DNA from: Collinsella sp.
Lineage (GTDB): Bacteria > Actinomycetota > Coriobacteriia > Coriobacteriales > Coriobacteriaceae
Assembly (NCBI GenBank): GCA_019414045.1
Contig: DXMW01000018.1
Coordinates: 4,872 to 68,871, forward strand
Reading direction: 5' to 3'
DNA: 64,000 nt
Under the pieces are notes generated by a model that was not told where the DNA came from, did not search any database, and worked only from the letters and a program-made list of their open reading frames with translations. Shown piece by piece: positions 1 to 9,425 of the stretch (its first letter is position 1; the number at the start of each line of letters is the position of its first letter). Position numbers and translations under genes: made by a program.

Positions 1-126
1 GTTGCCCTCGAGCAGTTCGGGCGACCCAAAGGCATCCAAAAAGACTTCATCGATGATGCGTTTCATCATCTGGCCGCCAGAGCCGTGGCCCAACAGGACA
101 GTGCTATCGGTGGCAGTACGGGACAT
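1..126 (-). CDS. hypE: Hydrogenase maturation protein HypE, N-terminal part (runs off window start)
   Basis: Manual translation from ATG at 126: MSRTATDSTVLLGHGSGGQMMKRIIDEVFLDAFGSPELLEGN (HGSGG motif); GGAG RBS upstream; directly follows hypD. Confidence 0.9.
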   Translation of the reverse strand, partial: MSRTATDSTVLLGHGSGGQMMKRIIDEVFLDAFGSPELLEGN

Positions 127-210
127 ATCGAAAACTCCAATCGAGGACGGAATTATATGGGTGAGGTGCAGCGTCGACCGGCCCGCCGTTCGTTAGAGCG
201 GCGGAACCCA

Positions 211-1323
211 TTAGCCTCGGTAGCGGTAGTACGCCGTGCAGCTGCCCTCGGAGCTCACCATGCACGGGCCGACGGGATGTTCGGGCGTGCATGCGCGGCC
301 AAAGAGCGGGCAATTGCTCGGCGTAATGGCCCCGCGCAGCACGTCGCCGCAGCGGCACCCGCGCGGCTCGACTGTCGCCTCAACGGGTACGTCAAAGCGG
401 ACGCCGGCATCAAAGCGCGCGAATTCGGGCCGGATGGAAAGACCCGAGCCGGCAATCGGCCCCAGACCGCGCCATGTGGTGTCGCACGGCTCAAACACCT
501 GCTCGACCAGCTGGCGCGCCACGGGGTTGCCGTCTGCATTGACGCCACGGCGGTAGGCGTTGTCGATTGCGGGCTGCCCCTCAACAACCATCTGGACCAG
601 CATGCAGATACCCTGCAAGATGTCGACCGGCTCAAATCCCGTTACCACGCCTGGAGTCTTAAACTCATCGACCAAAAAGTCAAAGGGGGCTAAGCCCGTG
701 ATGGTGGCGACGTGTCCCGGAAGGATAAAGCCGTCGATAGTGGTCTCGGGATCGTTGGCGATGGCGCGCAGCGCCGGCGGCGTGGTCTTGTGGGCGCAAT
801 AGACCGAGAAGTTCTGGAGTCCGCGCCCATCGGCCTCCAAAATGGCGGCGGCGATGGTGGGCGTCGTGGTCTCAAAGCCGACGCCCATAAAGATGACCGG
901 GCGATCGGGGTTGTGTTCGGCGATACCGAGTGCATCGAGCGGGGAGTACACAATGCGAATATCGCGCCCCGCCGCCTTTTGCGCGGCGAGCGAGGTAGAC
1001 GACCCGGGCACGCGCATCATGTCGCCAAAGGTGGTGATGATGGCGCCGTCCATCTTGGCGAGCGCGATTGCATGGTCGATATCGCGGTTGGCGGTAACGC
1101 AGACGGGGCAACCCGGACCGCTCAGCAGTTTGAGCCCGGCAGGCATAATGGAGCGAAAGCCATAGCGACCGATGCTCACGGTGTGCGTGCCGCAGACTTC
1201 CATAAGGTTGATGGCGCGGTCGCCGACGAGTTCACGGATGCGCTCGATGAGCTCGCGAGCCAGCTTGGGATTGCGAAATACCGAAAAGTCGATACCGGAG
1301 CGAGCCGGCTGTCCGGCCGCCAC
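211..1323 (-). CDS. hypD: Hydrogenase maturation protein HypD
   Basis: MEVCGTHT, GPGCPVC, GFETT, PGHV and GPCMVSSEGSC motifs. Confidence 0.97.
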   Translation of the reverse strand: MAAGQPARSGIDFSVFRNPKLARELIERIRELVGDRAINLMEVCGTHTVSIGRYGFRSIMPAGLKLLSGPGCPVCVTANRDIDHAIALAKMDGAIITTFGDMMRVPGSSTSLAAQKAAGRDIRIVYSPLDALGIAEHNPDRPVIFMGVGFETTTPTIAAAILEADGRGLQNFSVYCAHKTTPPALRAIANDPETTIDGFILPGHVATITGLAPFDFLVDEFKTPGVVTGFEPVDILQGICMLVQMVVEGQPAIDNAYRRGVNADGNPVARQLVEQVFEPCDTTWRGLGPIAGSGLSIRPEFARFDAGVRFDVPVEATVEPRGCRCGDVLRGAITPSNCPLFGRACTPEHPVGPCMVSSEGSCTAYYRYRG

Positions 1324-1583
1324 TAGTAAGCCTCCGCCGGGTTGGTGGCCAGCTGGTCTTCTTCGACCAGTTCGGTCATGGTATTGACGAGCTCGAGTGT
1401 CTCTTGGGCTTCCTGCTCGTCGACAATCTGAATGCCAAAGCCGGCGTGCACGAGAATATAGTCGCCTACCTGTGCCGTCGGCACGAGGCGCAGCGAAACG
1501 GGGCGCTCGATGCCCATCATGTCGACGGTCGCCTTAAGGTCGTCGTCGCGTTTGACCACTTTACCGGGAACGGCAAGGCACAT
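1323..1583 (-). CDS. hypC: Hydrogenase assembly chaperone HypC/HupF
   Basis: MCLAVPGKV start and VGDYILVHAGF motif. Confidence 0.97.
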   Translation of the reverse strand: MCLAVPGKVVKRDDDLKATVDMMGIERPVSLRLVPTAQVGDYILVHAGFGIQIVDEQEAQETLELVNTMTELVEEDQLATNPAEAY

Positions 1584-1714
1584 AATGTTCCCCTTTTATA
1601 CGTTTTGCGCTGGATAGGCGCCTAATTACCCATCAGTTGATGGTAGCGCTCGCGGAAGTCACGAGCAAACGCGTTACACCTGTGAGACGGCGGCGCGCAG
1701 GCTGGCAAAACGGC

Positions 1715-4183
1715 CTATCGCGATGCTGTCTGCGCAAGGCGAGCGCGAGCGATGGCGGCCTGACCGTAGGCGATGCAGCCGTCGTTGACGGGCACGGAGT
1801 GGGGGACCAAGACGGCAAGACCGGCGTCTTTGAGTTCGTGGGTAAGGAGCTGAAGCAAAAGTCGGTTCATGAACACGCCGCCCGAGAGCGCGACGGTATC
1901 GATGCTTTCGCGCGCGCAGATTTCGCGTGCGATTCGTGCCGAAGAGCGCGCGATGGCGATATGGAAATCGAGCGCGAGCCTGTAGGCCGCAGCGCCGGCC
2001 CTGATTCCCTCCAAAAGCGCCTCAATAAGCGATCTGGAGTTTAGAACATGGCGGGCGTCCGGACGGGATGATTCGGTTACGGAAAAGCCGGCTATATTGC
2101 CGGTGAGGCAGGCACTTTCACTGCTGAGCGCGCGCCAGGCGGCGGCTTCGAGTTCTATGGCGGGTTCGCCCTCGTAGGTTGCCTTGTCGCAGATGCCCAG
2201 AATTGCTGCCGCGGCATCAAAGAGACGCCCCATGCTGCTGGTACGCGGGCTGTTGATGCCGCGCTCGATCATGGTGGCTGTCACGCGGCGCGTTTGCTCG
2301 TCGAGGCTGTCCAAAAGCCGAGCGGCACCTGGGTGCTCGAGCAGGCCGAGCTCACTGAGCAGGGCAAAGGCGTTGCGGCGGGCGTCGCGTACGGACGCTA
2401 CGCCACCGGGTAGGGCCCAAGTGCGCAGATGCGCTGCGCGCTCAAAGTCAGCAAGGCCAGCGACAAGAAACTCGCCGCCCCATATGGTGCCATCGGTGCC
2501 GGCGCCCGTGCCATCGAAGGCAATGCCGAGGACGCGCGCCTCGGGCGCAAGCTGGCCTGTGACAATCGCTTCTGCCATCACGCTCGCGATGTGCGCATGA
2601 TGGTGCTGGACTTCGATAAGCGGCAGATTGTGCTCCCGTGCCTGCTCGCGCGCCCACTGACCCGATAGATAACTGGGGTGTACATCGCAGGCCAAGGCGG
2701 CGGGTGCCAAGTCAAAGAGATCTTCCAAGCGCGTGCGCGCGGCGTTCCAGGCATCGAAGGTCTCGCCGTTTTCAACATCGCCGATATGCTGCGACACAAA
2801 ACAGGTTGCCTCGCCGTTCGTCCCTTCACGCGTGAGTGCAATCGTGGCTTTTTGTTGTGGCCCACAGGCGAGCACGCAGGACGGAGTGCCGTCGAGCGCC
2901 GGCAACGGCAGCGGCTGGGGTGCATATCCGCGAGCGCGGCGAACGGGCATAACAGCGCCGTCGACCACGCGTACCAAAGAGTCGTCGTAGCGCGAGAGGA
3001 TCGCGCGGTCGTTACCGAGCAACGCGTCGGCGATGCCGGCGGCAACGAGGCGTTCCCAGGCAAGGTCGTCGTCGGTCTCGATGGGTTCTTCGCTCAGATT
3101 TCCGCTGGTCATGACGAGCGCGTGCATGCCGCGGGTTTCTGCCGCGGCAAGCAACAGATGCTGAAGCGGGGTGTAGGGGAGCATGACACCGAGCTCGGGA
3201 AGGTCGTGCGCGACGGAATGCGCGAGCGCGAGGGCGTCGGGGGAGCCGCCGCTCTCGCAAGCGGCACGTCGGCGCAGCAGCACAATGGGGCGAATGCTGC
3301 CGGCCAGCAAGCCGCGCTCAATGTCGTTGACATGGCACAGGCGTTCAACGTCGGCAAGGTCGCGCACCATAACGGCAAGCGGTTTGTTGCTGCGGCGTTT
3401 GCGGCGGCGAAGCTCGGCTACCGCCTGCTCGTTGGAGGCGTCGCATGCCAAGTGAAATCCGCCCAGACCCTTGATGGCGACGATGCCACCGTCGGCCAGC
3501 AGCTCAACGCAGCGCTCGATGATAGCGTCGCTGGCCTCGCGTGTGGTACCGACGGCCGGTGTCGCGGACGAATTCCCGCACGCATTGCCGTTCACAGCCT
3601 CGCTCCACGTAATATGCGGCCCGCAATCAAAGCAGGCATCGGGCTGCGCGTGAAAACGCCGGTCGAGTGGGTCGGCATACTCCGCGGCGCACTCGGGACA
3701 CATGGGAAAACAATCCATCGAGGTGGCCGCTCGATCGTAAGGCAGCGAGCGGATGATGGTAAAGCGCGGCCCGCAGTTAGTGCAGTTGATAAAGGGGTAG
3801 TGATAGCGTCGGTCGGTGGGGTCGAACAGTTCGCGCAGGCAGTCGTCACAGGTGGCGATATCGGGAGAGATGAGCGTCGTGTGCACGGTCTGATCCTGCG
3901 ACGCTACGATACGAAAGGCCCGCTCATCGTCGGCATCCCAACCGTTGGCTGCCAGGTCCACAACCTCGACATGCTCTACGCGGGCTGCCGCAGGCGCATG
4001 CTCAGAAAGCGCGTCAACAAAAGCATCGAGCGCATCGGCCAGAGCATGCGCTTCGATGTGCACGCCGTCGCCCGCATTGAGCACCCAGCCGCAAATGCCA
4101 TGCGCCATAGCCTCGCGATACACAAACGGTCGCATGCCAACGCCCTGCACAATGCCCGTCACATGAATATGCACATGCCGCAT
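1715..4183 (-). CDS. hypF: Carbamoyltransferase HypF
   Basis: GIVQGVGMRP acylphosphatase domain, CxxC zinc fingers (CTNCGPRF), KGLGGFHL, QHHHAH, DGTG, NDG motifs; start set at ATG 4183 behind a GAGGGG RBS. Confidence 0.96.
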   Translation of the reverse strand: MRHVHIHVTGIVQGVGMRPFVYREAMAHGICGWVLNAGDGVHIEAHALADALDAFVDALSEHAPAAARVEHVEVVDLAANGWDADDERAFRIVASQDQTVHTTLISPDIATCDDCLRELFDPTDRRYHYPFINCTNCGPRFTIIRSLPYDRAATSMDCFPMCPECAAEYADPLDRRFHAQPDACFDCGPHITWSEAVNGNACGNSSATPAVGTTREASDAIIERCVELLADGGIVAIKGLGGFHLACDASNEQAVAELRRRKRRSNKPLAVMVRDLADVERLCHVNDIERGLLAGSIRPIVLLRRRAACESGGSPDALALAHSVAHDLPELGVMLPYTPLQHLLLAAAETRGMHALVMTSGNLSEEPIETDDDLAWERLVAAGIADALLGNDRAILSRYDDSLVRVVDGAVMPVRRARGYAPQPLPLPALDGTPSCVLACGPQQKATIALTREGTNGEATCFVSQHIGDVENGETFDAWNAARTRLEDLFDLAPAALACDVHPSYLSGQWAREQAREHNLPLIEVQHHHAHIASVMAEAIVTGQLAPEARVLGIAFDGTGAGTDGTIWGGEFLVAGLADFERAAHLRTWALPGGVASVRDARRNAFALLSELGLLEHPGAARLLDSLDEQTRRVTATMIERGINSPRTSSMGRLFDAAAAILGICDKATYEGEPAIELEAAAWRALSSESACLTGNIAGFSVTESSRPDARHVLNSRSLIEALLEGIRAGAAAYRLALDFHIAIARSSARIAREICARESIDTVALSGGVFMNRLLLQLLTHELKDAGLAVLVPHSVPVNDGCIAYGQAAIARARLAQTASR

Positions 4184-4201
4184 GCGACACCCCTCATCAA
4201 A

Positions 4202-4282
4202 ACCGACCAAAAAGGGACAGGTTTATTTTGGTCGGTAAAACTTCTAAACCTGCCACAACAAACCTGTCCCTTTTTGGCAGGT
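4202..4282. repeat. Inverted doublet of GGGACAG-loop hairpins (REP-like)
   Basis: accgaccaaaa-agggacaggttta-ttttggtcggt followed by acctgccacaa-caaacctgtccct-ttttggcaggt. Confidence 0.75.
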
Positions 4283-4285
4283 GCG

Positions 4286-4780
4286 CTATAGCCCCAGGCT
4301 TTGCTTGGTGGCGGCGCAGGTGAGCTCGCCGTGCTTAACGCCGCGCAGGCCCAGCAGTCGGTCGGCTAGTTCGTAGACGCGCTCGCCGCGACCCTTGAGC
4401 GCCAGAATCTCCAGACAGTTGTGGTGATCCAGATGCACGTGCATCGTCGATACGATTTCGTCGGTGTAGTCGTGCTGCACCTCATCCAGGCGGCGTGTCA
4501 GGTCGCCTGTGTGATGGTCGTAGATCATGGTGAGCGACCCGATAACGTGCTCGTCGGGCGTGCGCATCTGCTCCTTGGCGATCGAGGCGCGAATCAGATC
4601 GCGTACGGCCTCGGATCGGTTAGCCACGTCACCGCGGCGCGCGATCTGCTCGTCAAAGCGGCGCAGCAGGTCGTCGGGCGCGGTGACCGAAAAACGGACC
4701 AGCTCGGAGCTGGAGCCGCTGCAGCGGCAGCTCGCATCGTCGTCCACACTGTGATCGTGCGCGTGCTCGTGCTCGGCCAC
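4286..4780 (-). CDS. nikR: Nickel-responsive regulator NikR with His-rich N-terminal extension
   Basis: RHH domain (VRFSV...NRSEAVRDLI) and HVHLDHHNCLE nickel motif. Confidence 0.95.
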   Translation of the reverse strand: MAEHEHAHDHSVDDDASCRCSGSSSELVRFSVTAPDDLLRRFDEQIARRGDVANRSEAVRDLIRASIAKEQMRTPDEHVIGSLTMIYDHHTGDLTRRLDEVQHDYTDEIVSTMHVHLDHHNCLEILALKGRGERVYELADRLLGLRGVKHGELTCAATKQSLGL

Positions 4781-4781
4781 G

Positions 4782-5030
4782 TTACACCAGCTTCACGGAG
4801 CCGACGGAGTTGTGATCTGTCTCGATGGCCTCCTCGTAGCCCTCGAGCGCATCGTGCGCCTCGTGGAGTGCCGCCATGGCGGCCTCGAGTTTGGCGCCAA
4901 TGCGCTCCATGTCAAAGTTCTCGGTCGCGTGCAGCAGCTGATGGCTCCACTCGTGAGCGAGCTCAATGGTGTCGTCGACCTGCTTGACGCTCATGGCAAG
5001 CTGGCTCATGTTCATTCCGACGTCATGCAT
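4782..5030 (-). CDS. Small helical His/Glu-rich hypothetical protein, first gene upstream of nikR
   Basis: 82-aa ORF with AAGGAG RBS; ends 1 bp before the nikR start. Confidence 0.75.
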   Translation of the reverse strand: MHDVGMNMSQLAMSVKQVDDTIELAHEWSHQLLHATENFDMERIGAKLEAAMAALHEAHDALEGYEEAIETDHNSVGSVKLV

Positions 5031-5101
5031 AGGAATCTCCTTTTGTACGGGGCGATATGGTGGTTCAGATTCTACTACGCCCGCCTTGGGCGCCGCCGCA
5101 T

Positions 5102-5140
5102 AAGAAAACGGGCGCGAGTCCGTCTGACCCGCACCCGTTC
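5102..5140 (-). terminator. Probable intrinsic terminator of trxA
   Basis: Minus strand: gaacgggtgcgg...cgcgcccgtt hairpin followed by a T-rich tail. Confidence 0.5.
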
Positions 5141-5250
5141 ACTGGGGGCTGTTTGTAACTACCATACTATCCGTGGTCGCATGCCTTGCGTTTGGCACTC
5201 CGGTGAGCGGTGCGAAACCGCTCATGGACGGCAGACAAGTAACAAGCGTA

Positions 5251-5571
5251 TTACAGATGTTTCTCCAGCAGTGCCTGAAGTCTTGCCTTGGGTAAGGCGC
5301 CAACCGAGCGGTCGACCTCCTCGCCGTTCTTAAAGACGATCAGCGTGGGGATGCTCATGACGCCAAACTTCATGGCCAGGTCCTGGTTGTCGTCGACGTT
5401 GCACTTGGCCACAGCCAACTTGCCGGCCAGCTCGTCGGCAACCTCGTCTACGATGGGCGAGAGCGAGCGGCAGGGGCCGCACCACGGGGCCCAAAAATCA
5501 ACCAGTACGGGCAGGCTATCGTTGACGACAGCGCCGAAGTTCTCGGGGGTAATCTGCTTAATGTCAGCCAT
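5251..5571 (-). CDS. trxA: Thioredoxin
   Basis: WCGPC active site; start MADIKQ with GGAGG RBS. Confidence 0.97.
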   Translation of the reverse strand: MADIKQITPENFGAVVNDSLPVLVDFWAPWCGPCRSLSPIVDEVADELAGKLAVAKCNVDDNQDLAMKFGVMSIPTLIVFKNGEEVDRSVGALPKARLQALLEKHL

Positions 5572-5707
5572 GGTGACCTCCATAATACGACGCGGCTCGG
5601 CCGCGTAAAACTCAGTACGACCGTGCTTATACCCAGCGGCCCGCAAAGCAACCACTCGCGGGCGGCTCTTTTATATAATGGTGGGCACGCAAACGATTGG
5701 AGAGCGC

Positions 5708-6283
5708 ATGCCCACGTCACAAAGCCAGAAAAAAGAAGCCATCGCTCAGGCGACCGAGCAGGAGCTCGCGTCGCTTGCAGATCGCGGTGTGCGTATCGCG
5801 GGCAACGCGTGCTCGCCGATTGTGCTGGTCAAAGGCGATTTGGATGAAGCCGAGTGCTCGGGCGGCGAGCTGGCCGCCGGCGCGGATGGCGCCGCGTTGC
5901 GCAAGGCGCTCGGTGCCATCGGATATGCCCCCGAGGATTTTTGTGTGCTGGCAAGCGTCGCCGGCGCGGGCGACGGAGCGGTCGCGGCGGGCGAGGCCCT
6001 GACGTGCGACCTGTTCCGCGAGGCGCTGGAGACCTTGGACCCCGAGGCGGTGCTGCTGCTGGACAACAGTGCGGCCGATGTCATGCGCGAGACCTATGCC
6101 GATATGCTTGTGGCAATTGATGACTTTGACACCGCCATGCTCAAGCCCGGCCTGGTCGCCCATGTGCAGGGGCGCCGCGTGCTGGCGCTCGACGGTTTTG
6201 AGGCGGCGCTCACCGACAAGGCCGCCAAGCAGCGCATGTGGGCCTACATTAAGCAGCTGACCCCGGCGGCTGCACCGCTGTAG
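5708..6283 (+). CDS. Hypothetical protein resembling a degenerate family-4 uracil-DNA glycosylase fold
   Basis: Good ORF with RBS; segments align by eye with the UDG-4 scaffold but catalytic motifs are missing. Confidence 0.6.
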   Translation: MPTSQSQKKEAIAQATEQELASLADRGVRIAGNACSPIVLVKGDLDEAECSGGELAAGADGAALRKALGAIGYAPEDFCVLASVAGAGDGAVAAGEALTCDLFREALETLDPEAVLLLDNSAADVMRETYADMLVAIDDFDTAMLKPGLVAHVQGRRVLALDGFEAALTDKAAKQRMWAYIKQLTPAAAPL

Positions 6284-6301
6284 CGAGCTTGGCGGCAGCC
6301 C

Positions 6302-6835
6302 CTACATCACGGCGCGCAGCTCAAACCGGTCGCCGTTAATGCGGAACTGGCAGTTGCCGTTCATGCGCTCGACGGCAAGCATAATGCTCTTGGTGCCAAA
6401 GCCGTGCCCAGTGTGCTGAGCCACGGGCATGCCGTCGACCATGTGCGGCGCACGGCCAAACGTGTTGGAAACCAGCAATAGAAGCTGACCGTCTTCGTAG
6501 CGAAGGTCCAGGTCGACAAACCGCTTGCCTTCGGGGGCGGCGCTCGCCGCGGCGATGGCATTGTCCAGGGCGTTCGATACCACACTGAATAGATCGACAT
6601 CGCCCACGTGGACGGTTTCGGGCACGGCGGCGTGCAGGTCGGCGGTGATGCCGTGCGCGTTGATGTCCGCGGAAAGCGACGAGAGCGCAATGTTGACCGT
6701 TTCGTTGGCGCAGTAGCGGCGCACGGCGGTGCGGTCGTTGGTCTCGCAGAGCGCGTCGATGCGCTCGAGTGCCTCATCGGTGTGACCCTCTTCGATCAGG
6801 GCCGCTAGACCGCGCAGGTAGTGGCGCATGTCGTA
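6302..6835 (-). pseudogene. 5'-truncated sensor histidine kinase (GHKL/HATPase_c domain, AgrC/VirS-like)
   Basis: (Y)DMRH H-box remnant, NALDNAI N-box, GHGFGTKSI G-box; no sensor or TM part upstream. Confidence 0.8.
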
Positions 6836-7016
6836 TCACATTGAGACCAAGTCAAGAAGAATCGCTTCGGTCGAATCGCGTCTTTTGGGTGAGTTCTCAA
6901 CGTCCGCTGCCGCTGGTTTCCACCGTATGCCGAAAACACCCGGACGATGCCGTGCAGATCGCTTCGCTCTGCTATAGTCTCCCAAATTCACGTTTTCTAT
7001 TGGGATGGTGGTTAAT

Positions 7017-8123
7017 ATGGGCGACATACTCGAATCGTTCCTGCGCGTGGCGATGGTGGTGTTCATCGTCGGTCCGCTCACTGCATGGGTCGCCCGTCGC
7101 GGCGCGCGCGAGCGCAGTGAGGCGACGGACAGCCTCGATCGCTTCACGGTGCGCATGCCCGCTGCCATTCGCACGATCATCGCCTGCTGCGCCGTCGCGT
7201 TCGAACTGCTCATGCTGGGTGTCTACGTCTGGCAGGGCGTCTCGTTGGGCGAGTGGGACCACGAACTTGTGTGGTTCGGTCACGCCATGGCGCTCGCGGG
7301 CATGGCCATCTGGGCCCTGCTGAGCATCCCGCGCATCGACGTGGACGGTGAGCGAATTCTCTCGCGTAACGCCTTCGGCATCCGCAAGGAGACGACGTTT
7401 GGCAACATCACCCGTGCAACGCTTCACACGCAGATGATGAGGATCGACCTGTTCGAGGGCGACCGGAAGTTCTGCTCGATAAGCCTCGAGGGGGTGTGCT
7501 CGCTCAACCTCCTCGCCCGTCTGGAGGAAGAGGGCATCGAAGTCTCGGACGCCGTCGACGGTCCCATGACCAAGGCGGGCCTGTGTTGGTCTGCCATCAA
7601 GCCGTTGACGATTGTTTTCAACGGCATGGCGCTCGTCTTCTCGCTCGTGATCGCCTTCATGGCTGTTTTCACCGATGCCGGTGCTCGTCTGCTCTTGCTC
7701 GTCCCGTTCCTCTTCCTGTTCATAGGGGGACTCCTGCCCCTGCTCATGCTCAGCATGCCCGCCCGCGGCATCCTCGAGATCGGCAGGCAGGAGCGCGAAC
7801 TCGGCTTCTCCTTCGCCGAGGAGATGGCAAGTCGAGGTACCACGGGCACTTCGCTTGTCGACGATGATTGGTTCATCGAGATCAGCAATGCCCGCGTCGT
7901 GGCGTTCCGTCGCGATTACCTCAAGAAGGTCACGGCGCACGAGAACAGCGAGAGCGGCGACCGTTGCACGGTGACCACGAAAGGCGGTCGCAAAATCAAG
8001 GTGTATGCAGCGGGCAGCACGCTCGAGGACCTGCGCTCGTGGTTCAAACAGGGTGCCAAGGCCAGAAGCACGCTCGACCGTGCAGAGGACGCGCTCGAGA
8101 CGACGTCTGATTGGGTTGCCTGA
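7017..8123 (+). CDS. Hypothetical multi-pass membrane protein; stop codon coincides with the IS end
   Basis: About 368-aa ORF with about 5 hydrophobic segments alternating with soluble beta-rich segments. Confidence 0.75.
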   Translation: MGDILESFLRVAMVVFIVGPLTAWVARRGARERSEATDSLDRFTVRMPAAIRTIIACCAVAFELLMLGVYVWQGVSLGEWDHELVWFGHAMALAGMAIWALLSIPRIDVDGERILSRNAFGIRKETTFGNITRATLHTQMMRIDLFEGDRKFCSISLEGVCSLNLLARLEEEGIEVSDAVDGPMTKAGLCWSAIKPLTIVFNGMALVFSLVIAFMAVFTDAGARLLLLVPFLFLFIGGLLPLLMLSMPARGILEIGRQERELGFSFAEEMASRGTTGTSLVDDDWFIEISNARVVAFRRDYLKKVTAHENSESGDRCTVTTKGGRKIKVYAAGSTLEDLRSWFKQGAKARSTLDRAEDALETTSDWVA

Positions 8124-8205
8124 CCTGTATCGTCTTTTCGGACACGCATGCTAGAGGCCCAATCCTTTAGAATGCATTCATCGACGACCGAGAGGACGGT
8201 ATGCT

Positions 8206-8490
8206 ATGTCCAACCCAGCCGCCAGGTACACCGACGAGTTCAGGCGCGAGACCGTCGACTACATCATCTCGACGGGCAGGCCGATAACGGAATGCTGCGC
8301 AGAACTGGGCCTGAATTCCAAGACCGTGAACAAGTGGGTGCAGAACCGCCGGCGCGAGCTTGCCGGCAGGCCCGACCCCAAGGCCGAGGACCGCGAGCTT
8401 CGCGAGGCGAAAAGGCGCATACGCGAGCTCGAGATGGAGAACGCCTTCTTGAAAAAAGCCGCGGCCTTCTTCGCCAAAAGCCAGGCGTAG
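8206..8490 (+). CDS. IS3 transposase OrfA (HTH)
   Basis: RYTDEFRRETV...ELEMENAFLKKAAAFFA; A6 run at 8452-8457 is the likely -1 frameshift site. Confidence 0.92.
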   Translation: MSNPAARYTDEFRRETVDYIISTGRPITECCAELGLNSKTVNKWVQNRRRELAGRPDPKAEDRELREAKRRIRELEMENAFLKKAAAFFAKSQA

Positions 8491-8504
8491 CCGCATGCTA
8501 CCGG

Positions 8505-9386
8505 ATGATGTTGGCGGAGAAGGCCGAATTCCCGGTGAAAATGATGGCCCGCGTGCTCGGCGTGAGCCGATCGGGCTTCTACTCGTGGCTCTCCAACGGC
8601 TGCCCGCGAGAAGACTGGTCGGCCGAGCGCGAGGCGGTCCGGCGCGTGTGGCTGGAGTCGGACCGCAGGTTCGGCTTCCGGTTCGTGAAATGCTTCCTGC
8701 CCGGCGAGTTCTCCGGATTGACCCTGTACAGGGTGCGCAAGCTGATGCGCGAGCTGGGAATACGCGGCTGCACGCCCAACGCCAGGAAGCGCACCACCAT
8801 CCCCGACCCGAAGGCCAGGCCCCGGCCCGACCTGGTGCGCCGCGACTTCACCAGTCCCGTTCCAACCTACAAGCTCGTGGGCGACATCACCTACCTGCGC
8901 ACCGGCGAGGGATGGCTGTACCTGTCGACGGTCATCGACCTCAACACCCGCATGGTGGTGGGCTGGTCGCTCTCCGAGCGCATGACCGCCGACATCGTGG
9001 TTTCGGCGCTGGCGTCGGCCAAATCGCGCGGCTACGTGGCCGGCAACGCGATATTCCACGCCGACCGCGGCGCCCAGTACACCAGCAGGCTTCTGGCCGA
9101 ATGGGCGCGCGACAACGACGTGCGGCTGTCCTGCAGCCGCACCGGCAACTGCCACGACAACGCGGTGGCCGAGTCGTTCCTCGCCACGCTGAAGAACGAG
9201 ATGTACTACAGGCGCAGCTTCCCGACCAGGGATTCCGCCAAGCACGCGGTGGTTGAGTTCATCGAGGCGTACTACAACCGCCGAAGGCCCCGCTCGACGA
9301 TCGGCTACAAGGTGCCGGCCGAGGCCATGGCGGCCTTCTTCGAGAGAACCGAGCCCAAGCCCGAGGCCATGCCTATGGCCGCTTGA
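8505..9386 (+). CDS. IS3 transposase OrfB (DDE integrase core)
   Basis: GDITYL, FHADRGAQYTS, DNAVAESF, YYNRRR motifs; start approximate, probably expressed as an OrfAB fusion. Confidence 0.92.
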   Translation: MMLAEKAEFPVKMMARVLGVSRSGFYSWLSNGCPREDWSAEREAVRRVWLESDRRFGFRFVKCFLPGEFSGLTLYRVRKLMRELGIRGCTPNARKRTTIPDPKARPRPDLVRRDFTSPVPTYKLVGDITYLRTGEGWLYLSTVIDLNTRMVVGWSLSERMTADIVVSALASAKSRGYVAGNAIFHADRGAQYTSRLLAEWARDNDVRLSCSRTGNCHDNAVAESFLATLKNEMYYRRSFPTRDSAKHAVVEFIEAYYNRRRPRSTIGYKVPAEAMAAFFERTEPKPEAMPMAA

Positions 9387-9425
9387 TTCCTCGAGCTTGC
9401 GTGTCCGAAATCTTGACACAGGTCA

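Larger units (their letters stand above)
8121..9425 (+). mobile_element. IS3-family insertion sequence (about 1305 bp)
   Basis: TG...CA ends; IRL tgacctgtatcgtcttttcggacacgcatgctagagg vs reverse complement of IRR tgacctgtgtcaagatttcggacacgcaagctcgagg; orfA/orfB in 0/-1 frames. Confidence 0.95.

Noticed and set aside
5031..5250. NikR operator upstream of the nikR operon
   Set aside because: No convincing palindrome could be identified by eye
8148..8504. 412-aa single transposase starting at 8148
   Set aside because: The upstream part is the -1 frame over orfA; an OrfA/OrfB frameshift explains it better
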